DNA from: Elusimicrobiota bacterium
Lineage (GTDB): Bacteria; Elusimicrobiota; Endomicrobiia; CG1-02-37-114; JAHJSO01
Direction: 5' to 3'
NCBI GenBank assembly: GCA_043826435.1
Contig: JBDRQF010000002.1
Coordinates: 1-27,616 of the forward strand
DNA length: 27,616 nucleotides
In this document: positions 7,123-15,083 of the stretch, in pieces
Layout of the letters: each line of letters begins with the position of its first letter
Numbering within the stretch: position 1 is the stretch's first letter
Program-made: the position numbers and the translations under genes
The notes under the pieces: generated by a model
What the model was told of the DNA's origin: nothing
Databases searched by the model: none
The model's input: only the letters and a program-made list of their open reading frames with translations

Positions 7123-8736
7123 TCAATCCCCCCCCCAGGCATCCTGTTTAGTTGTCAGTTCCCTGACCATCCTCATAAGGAACGGGTTGCCGGGTTCCAG
7201 CAGCAGGGCATTCTGAAACCCCACAAGCGCCTTTTCCCTCTCACCCAGGGAAAGCCGCGCCTTAGCAAGGGCTATGTGCGAAGAAGGGTTGAACGGGTTT
7301 ATTGAGACGGCATGGGTGTTCATTTCAACCGACTTACTCCACTGTGATATTTTCAGGTAGTAGTCGCCAAGCAGTTCATAGGCGGAAACGTAGTTCGGGT
7401 TTTTTTCAATGCAGGCGTTCAGCAATTCCGCGGCGCGGCCAAAATCGCCCGACGAGAAAAGAGTCCTTGCGAGTTTCAGAAGTATTACGGGGTTGAACGG
7501 CTCTATCTTAAGGCCTTTCTCATACTCTGCCATCGCGGCGACGTTATTCCCTCTCATCCGGAATCGGTCCCCCAGTCGGATAAAATCACGGGCGGAGATG
7601 CCGACAAACTGCTCTATCTCGTCGGCCTTCTCCCATGTTATCCTGTCGGGGAGAGCCCCCTCCGCCTTTGTGAACTGCTGTCTTTTTATGTGCGCCGTCC
7701 ACTCCTTTTCAAACTTTACCAGCCCCATCCCGAAACATTTTTTGAATGCGTCGTCGGGAGTGGACTGCGACATCTCCGGCAGGAGTTGCCGGAACCTGCC
7801 GGGGAAGGCGGACTTTATAAAATCCACCGCCGATGAGACCTGTGCGAAAGCAAGCGCCACCTCGTCCTGGTTCTCCAGATAGACCATAGAAGGCGACATT
7901 CTGGTGAATGATATAAGCGCATTTTTTTCAAGTGCGTCTTTCAGAAGGTTGACGCTGCCGGGCGTTGTATAGACGGGCGGGTCAACGCGCCAGAGCGTAT
8001 CGTGATACCGGGCGATACCTTCGTGCAGCCACAGCGGACAGTTGTTTTTCGTAATGCGGTTTATGACAAAATGAACGTATTCATGGCAGAGAGAGTCCAG
8101 CCACCTATAGCCCTGCGGCAGTGCAGACGGCGAGACAATCATCAGCCGGTTGAATTTACATATACCGATGGCGCCTGACCTCTCAAGTGTTTTGTCCCCC
8201 AGTGTTGATGCAAACGCAAACGACTCCTTGTCGGGATATATCTCAATAATTACCCTGTCGTGCGGGAAGTAGGAAAACGCCATGCCGATAACGGAATACA
8301 CGCGTTCAAGGGTGTCTTTTATGTCCGACTTCAATACATAGTCATTTTTTGAAAGGCGTATTAAAAAATGAGGGGTTTCAAACTCGTCAAACTCCTGCGT
8401 CATTTCTATCAGATGTTTCAGGTATAAATACAGGTTGTGTCTCGTCTCCTTTAAGTCCGTTCTCTTTATAAAACTGAGCGCAGTCCTGTAGTCGCCCATG
8501 TAAAAATAATACAATGAGGCGAGGTGGTCGCTTGAGTTGATTTTGTCCCGCACCTCCTCAAACCGGCCCGCTTCAAGATGTCTCACGCCTTCCGCGAACA
8601 AATCCCCGGAAGTGTCCGCACCCGCCGGGCCGGCGATGACGGCGCACATAATGGCCGCCGTGAATAATGTAACAAACGTTTTCATAATGACGAGGTTAAC
8701 CCCGATAATGGGGTCAGGTCTTGCATCATTTGACAC
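7123..8736 (-). CDS. Exported peptidase MA-like (gluzincin) metallopeptidase with C-terminal TPRs
   Basis: HEXXH motif (CHEYVH) followed by PLWLHEGIARY; upstream FETPHFLI; several TPRs at the C-terminus. The signal peptide begins at M18 (ATG 8685), so the start may be 8685 rather than GTG 8736. Confidence 0.85.
   Translation of the reverse strand: MSNDARPDPIIGVNLVIMKTFVTLFTAAIMCAVIAGPAGADTSGDLFAEGVRHLEAGRFEEVRDKINSSDHLASLYYFYMGDYRTALSFIKRTDLKETRHNLYLYLKHLIEMTQEFDEFETPHFLIRLSKNDYVLKSDIKDTLERVYSVIGMAFSYFPHDRVIIEIYPDKESFAFASTLGDKTLERSGAIGICKFNRLMIVSPSALPQGYRWLDSLCHEYVHFVINRITKNNCPLWLHEGIARYHDTLWRVDPPVYTTPGSVNLLKDALEKNALISFTRMSPSMVYLENQDEVALAFAQVSSAVDFIKSAFPGRFRQLLPEMSQSTPDDAFKKCFGMGLVKFEKEWTAHIKRQQFTKAEGALPDRITWEKADEIEQFVGISARDFIRLGDRFRMRGNNVAAMAEYEKGLKIEPFNPVILLKLARTLFSSGDFGRAAELLNACIEKNPNYVSAYELLGDYYLKISQWSKSVEMNTHAVSINPFNPSSHIALAKARLSLGEREKALVGFQNALLLEPGNPFLMRMVRELTTKQDAWGGD
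8710..8735. repeat. Short repeat family B copy (GGGGTCAGGTCTTG...CATTTGACA)
   Basis: GGGGTCAGGTCTTGCATCATTTGACA shares its 14-nt start and 9-nt end with 15760-15783. Confidence 0.65.
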
Positions 8737-8746
8737 TGTGTTATCC

Positions 8747-11700
8747 TTATTCCACCAGTTTCCTGTAATACTGCTTGATAATCGTTTCGTGCGTTTCCGG
8801 ATATCTTTCCTTCAGTGATTTCATAAACTCCTCTTTAAGTTCCCGTGAAGGGAGGTAGTCGGCCTCGCCGGGCAGTTCCACGAAACCGGTCCGCACACCC
8901 ATCACTCCGCCTGTCCCGCCGTGTGAACCGCCACCCTGGATGAAGCCCGCCATCGGCTTGTTGAATTTCTGCTGCATCATTGAAAGTCCCTCGGCAGAGG
9001 ACTGCATTGACTCTTTCGCCTTCGTCAGGTAGTCAATCGCCTGCCTCTGGTTTTCAAGAGCCCTGTTGGTCTGACCGACGACTATGTTCCCTTCGGATCC
9101 GCTCATTTCTTCCGCCGCCATCCGCAGGTTTGACGACAAATCGGGGCTGATTGAGGCGGTCTGCCGTGAAAATTCCTGGACGAGTTTGTCCAGCGAAAGT
9201 GTCCGGTTTTTTATGTCCGCCTGCCCATCCGAAAGCGAAGAAAGTTTTTTCTGTTCCGAATCGGAAAATTTAACCGCCATTGTGGAATTCAGGACGTCAA
9301 GCACATCTTGTTCCGTCTTCTCCAGCCAGGCCGTGTCTTCGCCGATACCCGCCCACTCCGACGACTGGGCGGTTGACACTGCATTCGCATACCTTTCCAC
9401 AAGCGCCCGTGCCGACTTAATCTGGAGTAATATCTCCGCAAGATACTCCTTTGATTTTATTGCCTTTTTTGAAACAAACTCTTTGTGGACGAGATTCATC
9501 CTGGGCAGGGGACGGCTTATCTCCCTGCCGTATGCTGAAGAGAATTCCATGTTTCTTATCACGCCTGCTCGCGACGGCATCTCTCCGGTTTTATCAATTA
9601 CCGCCTTCTGTAACTTTGCAAGTTTTTCAAACAGCGACTCCTGTTCCTTTATGACTTTCTGCTGACGGATGTTTTCCATTCCCTGTGTTTCGGACATTAA
9701 CCGGTTCTGCCGGGCGACAATGTCGTCTAATTCGGTCAGGCCCTTCTGCATGCCTGCGGACATCGCGCTATCCACGCCTGAAAAACCCACCGACTTACCC
9801 GCTTCCTGCATCGTCTTAAGCATTGACTCCATATGCTCAAGCATTTTCTGCGCCTGCTTCAGGGCGGATTCAAAATCCCCTTTGGCGAGGGCGTCCCTTA
9901 TGCCGCCTGACAGATCCCCTATCTTAGATGGGTCAATCTGTTTGACGGCCGGCTGGTTTATGAATTCCTCCGGCAGCATTTGCGGGAATTTTTTCAACAG
10001 GTCGTTAACCTGTTTTGTGAGTTCGTCAATCTTGTCAAGCATTTTATTCAACTCGCTAAGTTTTTGTGAATCAACCGGGGACTTTAACGAGTCCTGTATC
10101 TGCCTGCTGATGTCTGAAAGTTTGTCTCCTGCGGAGAGAGCGTCCTGCATATACTGGTACTGGAGGACGTCTTCCGAGAGGAGGTTCATCTTTTCAAGCG
10201 CCCGGACTGCGTCCTGCATTTTATTGTCCGCCGAAGTCCAGTCGCCTTTTGAAAGTGACTCCTGCGCCTGCTGCATCTGGTTGGCTGACAGCGAGGCAAG
10301 GGCGGAACTCATGTTTTTGTGTTCCAGGTAAATCTGGTAGTTGATGAAAGGGTCTGTTTCCATCCGGCTGACGGTTTCACTGAGTTTTTGCGATAAGTCC
10401 ATCGCGTCTTTACCGGCATCCTTTTGCGAATCAATCAGGGGCTTAACCCGGTCCGGCGTGATGGACGACGGGTCTTTCATAACTTCTTCAAGCCCCCTGC
10501 GGACGGACATCTGGTCTGAAAGGAGTTCAATAAGGCCGTCCCTGAAATCCCCCAGTTCCTGTTCAATCTTCCTGTGATGTTCCTCGTAACTGAAAATCTC
10601 AATCCGGAAAGTTTCGGAGCGCGCCATCTTGGAACCGGAAATTGCATCGTTATCTAAAGCCGCAAGGTGATAACTGACAATATCGCCGGGGGACGGCGAC
10701 AGCAGGGAAACATCCAGCGTGTATGTGTGGGTTATTCTCCGGACAGGCGGAGTGAGCCGCTTTACGGGGATTCTTTTACCGTCATAAACGAGTTCCACAA
10801 GTGATATGCCGTAGTCATCCGACGCCCTGTAAACAACCGGGATTTTTGCGTCCGCTGAAACCACTATGTCCTGTCCCGGGGAAATGAGCGTTATTTCAGG
10901 CGGCATATCATTTTCCATAAGAAGCGGGTAGTGCGGCGGCGACGGGTCCCTGATATCATCGTTCTCCCGGGAGACCAGTTCAAACCATACTTCGCCTTTC
11001 TTCTCCGCGATAATCTCGCCTGAAACGATACCGCCCTTTTTAATAACAAGCGACGTTGCCTTCCCGTAGGAAGTCAGGATGCTTCCTGCCTTTAACGGCA
11101 CTGGACAGGTCGCCGAGAATTCTATTCTTGTGCCCGGCAAAACGCCTCTTTCGCCGAACATACTGCCCTGTTGCGGCTCAAGTTGGGTATATACGGGAAA
11201 ATGGTAAACAAGTTTAAAATCCCCCAGCCGCGGTACCGTTAAACATTTAATCAGATATCTTTCGCTCCTCAGGTATTTCCACTTCACAAAATACAGAATA
11301 TCCTCAACCACACGGATGCTTTCAAAGACAAACAGGGTATCACTCTTCTTTTGCAAATTCCCCGTGTCAAATATTGCGCCTGGTTTTAATTCGCTCCAGT
11401 CGTTCTCCCCCGTCCTTACGAAAACCTGCGGCACATGCAATGTTTCCGGCGTTTTCATTTCAACCGATATCTCAATTTCGGCGCCGCGCAGAACGCCCGT
11501 ATTACCCGGCAGGACGGTAAAATAACGCGACAGTTCAACCGCACCCCCTGGTGCCAGGAACCTGGGCATGTTTTCGGTGAGAATCTCCGGCGACTTAAAA
11601 TAGAATGCGGCCGTCAGCATGATAAGGACGATGACCGGGGGATAACCTTTTACGAACGGGCTATACGGGACTACGTCCTCCGGGGATATACCATCCAGTT

Positions 11701-12094
11701 CAAGTTGGGTCTTATCAACGAACATTTTCGCAAGTTCAACCGAAAGCCCCAACGATGAAATCCTGTCAACGGACCTGTTTAGCATCCATGCGTTGATGGG
11801 GTTGTCTTTCAGTGAGGGATGCCTGTCCTGAATCTTCTTTATGATTTCAATATCCTTTATTCTTAACTTCCCTGCAAGACGCAGCCCTATCAGGCAAAAT
11901 ACTACAAACACAAGGGACAGCGCTCCCGTCCTGACAGACGACACAAGCGGGTGAAAATAATCAACGAAAGAGGCGAATAATACGATTGAGTAGCCCGTAA
12001 TGACGGCGAACGCAAACGATTCAACCGAGTGGTAAACCGTTATTCTGCGCCTCACATCCCTGATAAGTTTGTCTAAAGTGTGCGTCAATCTCAT
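8747..12094 (-). CDS. DUF4175-like large membrane-anchored protein (Ig-like region plus long coiled coil, 1115 aa)
   Basis: N-terminal TM helices; PPEITLISP, ASDDYGI and YHLAALDND motifs; Q/E/M-rich coiled coil; C-terminal YPETHETIIKQYYRKL. This architecture is typical of MoxR/DUF58/DUF4159 clusters. Confidence 0.75.
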   Translation of the reverse strand: MRLTHTLDKLIRDVRRRITVYHSVESFAFAVITGYSIVLFASFVDYFHPLVSSVRTGALSLVFVVFCLIGLRLAGKLRIKDIEIIKKIQDRHPSLKDNPINAWMLNRSVDRISSLGLSVELAKMFVDKTQLELDGISPEDVVPYSPFVKGYPPVIVLIMLTAAFYFKSPEILTENMPRFLAPGGAVELSRYFTVLPGNTGVLRGAEIEISVEMKTPETLHVPQVFVRTGENDWSELKPGAIFDTGNLQKKSDTLFVFESIRVVEDILYFVKWKYLRSERYLIKCLTVPRLGDFKLVYHFPVYTQLEPQQGSMFGERGVLPGTRIEFSATCPVPLKAGSILTSYGKATSLVIKKGGIVSGEIIAEKKGEVWFELVSRENDDIRDPSPPHYPLLMENDMPPEITLISPGQDIVVSADAKIPVVYRASDDYGISLVELVYDGKRIPVKRLTPPVRRITHTYTLDVSLLSPSPGDIVSYHLAALDNDAISGSKMARSETFRIEIFSYEEHHRKIEQELGDFRDGLIELLSDQMSVRRGLEEVMKDPSSITPDRVKPLIDSQKDAGKDAMDLSQKLSETVSRMETDPFINYQIYLEHKNMSSALASLSANQMQQAQESLSKGDWTSADNKMQDAVRALEKMNLLSEDVLQYQYMQDALSAGDKLSDISRQIQDSLKSPVDSQKLSELNKMLDKIDELTKQVNDLLKKFPQMLPEEFINQPAVKQIDPSKIGDLSGGIRDALAKGDFESALKQAQKMLEHMESMLKTMQEAGKSVGFSGVDSAMSAGMQKGLTELDDIVARQNRLMSETQGMENIRQQKVIKEQESLFEKLAKLQKAVIDKTGEMPSRAGVIRNMEFSSAYGREISRPLPRMNLVHKEFVSKKAIKSKEYLAEILLQIKSARALVERYANAVSTAQSSEWAGIGEDTAWLEKTEQDVLDVLNSTMAVKFSDSEQKKLSSLSDGQADIKNRTLSLDKLVQEFSRQTASISPDLSSNLRMAAEEMSGSEGNIVVGQTNRALENQRQAIDYLTKAKESMQSSAEGLSMMQQKFNKPMAGFIQGGGSHGGTGGVMGVRTGFVELPGEADYLPSRELKEEFMKSLKERYPETHETIIKQYYRKLVE

Positions 12095-12149
12095 TGGTGT
12101 TTTAATAAAACATTCCGGTCGGAGTTTCGGCCTTTTGCTAATTTACTCA

Positions 12150-12233
12150 TGTCATTGCGAGCGACTAAAAGGAGCGTGGCAATCTATCTTCAAAAGCGAG
12201 ATTGCTTCGTCGCTGACGTTTCTCGCAATGACA
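12150..12233. repeat. Complete palindromic element, family A (84 bp)
   Basis: Perfect 12-bp terminal inverted repeat TGTCATTGCGAG / CTCGCAATGACA and inner inverted repeat GCAATCT / AGATTGC; intergenic. Confidence 0.9.
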
Positions 12234-12240
12234 ACAATGT

Positions 12241-13359
12241 TCACCCGCTGATATTCTTACACGCAATTTTTGCTATATCCCTTGCAGCAAACGGCTTGCT
12301 AAACCTCTTGATGTTGTCCCTTAAAACCGATAACCTCTCCGGGTATTTCAGAAGACCGTGCAGGGTTTCTATCGCCTCATCCCTGCCTGTCCGGACAAAA
12401 CCGAAATTATTGCTCTCAATAAGTTTTGCGTTTCCTCTTTCCTGACCCGGGGTAAATACGGGAATCATAATCGGCTTGCCGGCGGCAAGCGTTTCCATTA
12501 CTATCGCCCCGCCGCCCTTTGAAACCACCAGGTCGGACGCCCTTAAAAAATCCGCCATCCTGTCTGTCCAGCCGACTATCTTTGTGGGGACGTCGTATTT
12601 TTTTTGCTGAAGCACGTTCTGCAGTTCCTTGTATTTGCCGGTTATCACTATCACCTGGAAATTAAGTTCTTTATGTTTTGAGATATTGTCAATTATTTCC
12701 AGAAACCTTTCAACATTGCCAAGTCCGAGGACGAACAGCAGGGTGGGCATATCAGCCAGCCCGAATTCGTTTAAGAATTTCTTCCTGTCAAGTGGCTCGC
12801 CCAGCAGGGTTGAAACCGGGAAACCGCTGACGACGATTTTTTCCTTTTTGACGCCCTTGCTTTCAATTATGCCTCCCGTTGCGTCATCGCATACGAAATA
12901 CATATCCGCATCAGGGTCAATCCATGTCTGGTGTATTTCTATTGCATCCGTAACGACGCAGAAATACCTGACCCTCTTGCCGTTCTCCCTGTTATGGTCG
13001 TTTATCAGGAAGTTCCAGTAAGGGTGGGTGACTATGCATAAGTCCGGGTTTTCCGAGTCAAATATTGCGTGGACCTTTCTATAAAAAAGAGGGAACAGCG
13101 TTTTAAAATAATAGGTCGCAGCCCTGCTGTTTGTCCAATCAAAGAATGTGTCCCACACCCACGGCTTCTCCATTGACCAGTTATAAAGTTTCTGGAAAGT
13201 CCGGCCCGCATTGATAAAACCTTTGGTATTTATAAAATCGTAGGTTTTCACCTCAACGTCCTGCGGCTTGATTTTGTGGATTTCCTCACCTATGCTTCTG
13301 CTGGCGGAAATGTGTCCCGTGCCGTAACCCGCTGTTAAGAGTAAGATTTTTTTTGACAT
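12241..13359 (-). CDS. MGDG synthase/UgtP-like diacylglycerol glycosyltransferase (GT28)
   Basis: Motifs TAGYGTGHISAS, IVTHP, CVVTD...HQTW, SGFPV, DLVVSKGGG...ETLAAGKP and PGQERGNA. Confidence 0.85.
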   Translation of the reverse strand: MSKKILLLTAGYGTGHISASRSIGEEIHKIKPQDVEVKTYDFINTKGFINAGRTFQKLYNWSMEKPWVWDTFFDWTNSRAATYYFKTLFPLFYRKVHAIFDSENPDLCIVTHPYWNFLINDHNRENGKRVRYFCVVTDAIEIHQTWIDPDADMYFVCDDATGGIIESKGVKKEKIVVSGFPVSTLLGEPLDRKKFLNEFGLADMPTLLFVLGLGNVERFLEIIDNISKHKELNFQVIVITGKYKELQNVLQQKKYDVPTKIVGWTDRMADFLRASDLVVSKGGGAIVMETLAAGKPIMIPVFTPGQERGNAKLIESNNFGFVRTGRDEAIETLHGLLKYPERLSVLRDNIKRFSKPFAARDIAKIACKNISG

Positions 13360-15050
13360 TATTTTCCCCCTATCCTTTTTAAACCCTTAATTCTCATTTC
13401 AAGATATTTCATTTGTTTTACATTCCCAAATCCACCGAATATATCAGCCAGTTTCCGCAGGGCGTCCGGGTTTTTCGTCAAATCATAAACAAAAATTGAA
13501 TTGGCCGGCAACGTCGCCGGCGGGATGCCTTTCAGAAAAGAAAAAACTTCCCTGTCGCTGTAATAGGTGGCCTGCAGGTTTGTCGCTGAGACGGCAAAGA
13601 ATATTCTCTCGGAACCACCGGGGACAATGTCATCCCCCTGCCTCTCTTCATCAGGCACATGGGTTACAAACCCTACCGGGACGTATCTTATCCCGTAATA
13701 GTGAGGGTCGCCCGTGCCGAAATAAGAAAAATAGATAACGGACGGATTGTTCTTTTTATACCATATTCCGAGTTCCTTCAGCCCCTGGCCCCAGTCAACG
13801 TTTGAGTCGGTTAGAAATTTGTACCCGTTTGCAGGGCCTCCTGCAATCTCATTAAAATAGCCCAGATGCCACGGGTGCGCCGACATGCACGAAAATATAT
13901 ACCATAACAATAATATGGCTGATGCCGTTGATACGACCAGCCGGGATTTCCTGTCGTATAGGTTTTTTATACTATACCCCGTCCATACGAAAAGGAAGGG
14001 ATACACGGGAAGTATGTGCCTGTGTCCTATCTGTATCCTTGAAAATGAAGCGACGGCAAAAAAGACGAGCGGAGGAATCAGCAGGAATATTTTTTCCTCC
14101 CTTGCGGCTTTCCTGAAAAACACTGCGGACAAACCAAGAAGAGCCAGCAGTCCGACGGGTGTTTTCAGCAGGAACGTTACGGCGAAGTAGTGCCTCCAGC
14201 CGGACAGGGAATGCCTCCCTGCCATGAAGGTTGACCAGCCCCTTTTCATATAACCGGACAGGTATTCTATCCCGTCTAAATACAGGCCTATGGAATTGCC
14301 CCTGTACAGGAGAAGCATTACAAAAAACACAGAACAGAAAAAAACAAAAATATGAAAAATCAATCCGCTGAATTTAATTTTAATTTGTGACGGGTTCAAA
14401 ATCAGCAGCACTATAAAAACCGGGGAAATAATCACCCCTGAAAATTTTGAGCCGATGGCAAACCCAGCCGCCACCCCGCACAGGACAGTGCGGGCAACCG
14501 TCGGGTTCCGGAACCACCTCCAGAGACAGTAAACGGATAAGAAGTAAAACAGGGCAAGAGGGACATCCGTCGTAACGAGCGTCCCGTGTCCTATAAAATT
14601 TGACGAAAAGACATACAGGACAAGCGACACCAGACCCGCTGCATACCCGCCGATGCCCTGCGCCCAGATGAACACTGCCAGCCCCAACAAACACGAAAGG
14701 ATCAGAATCATTATCCTGCCGGCTGACAGTATCTTTTCTGCGTCAAGCCGGTTGTGATATAAAAAAAGATTGCCAAACGAATATTGCTGGCGATTCGCGT
14801 ATGAGGGGTGATGCACGGGCAGAACGGGCTTCATAAAAAGCAGGGGGACCGCTGCGAACATTTTGGCAAACGGCGGATGGTCAAGTATGTTTAAACGGTA
14901 TTCACCCATTTTCCAGTAGGCAAAACCACTCGCAATGTGCGGCGGTTCGTCGTATGTCGGTGACAGCCGGCTGATCGTCACTGCACCTAAAAGAAAATGT
15001 GTTAGGAGCAACAACGGCACGACTGCATGTTTTATTTTGGACACATTCAT
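13359..15050 (-). CDS. ArnT/PMT-like GT-C fold membrane glycosyltransferase (563 aa)
   Basis: Acidic motif PTYDEPPH after TM1, plus DHPPFAK, GTLVTTD, GSKFSG, LLKTP, QIGHRHILP and DSNVDWGQGL; about 11 hydrophobic segments. Confidence 0.85.
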   Translation of the reverse strand: MNVSKIKHAVVPLLLLTHFLLGAVTISRLSPTYDEPPHIASGFAYWKMGEYRLNILDHPPFAKMFAAVPLLFMKPVLPVHHPSYANRQQYSFGNLFLYHNRLDAEKILSAGRIMILILSCLLGLAVFIWAQGIGGYAAGLVSLVLYVFSSNFIGHGTLVTTDVPLALFYFLSVYCLWRWFRNPTVARTVLCGVAAGFAIGSKFSGVIISPVFIVLLILNPSQIKIKFSGLIFHIFVFFCSVFFVMLLLYRGNSIGLYLDGIEYLSGYMKRGWSTFMAGRHSLSGWRHYFAVTFLLKTPVGLLALLGLSAVFFRKAAREEKIFLLIPPLVFFAVASFSRIQIGHRHILPVYPFLFVWTGYSIKNLYDRKSRLVVSTASAILLLWYIFSCMSAHPWHLGYFNEIAGGPANGYKFLTDSNVDWGQGLKELGIWYKKNNPSVIYFSYFGTGDPHYYGIRYVPVGFVTHVPDEERQGDDIVPGGSERIFFAVSATNLQATYYSDREVFSFLKGIPPATLPANSIFVYDLTKNPDALRKLADIFGGFGNVKQMKYLEMRIKGLKRIGGK

Positions 15051-15083
15051 TTAACTGCACCCGCTTCCGTCATTTTATTTTCT

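Noticed and set aside
7081..7125. Integrase attachment site at the GC boundary
   Set aside because: No tRNA, integrase or flanking direct repeat is visible, and the other island end is outside the window.
7128..7136. G9 tract as a phase-variation switch
   Set aside because: It lies in the last codons of the peptidase, so slippage would alter only the extreme C-terminus.
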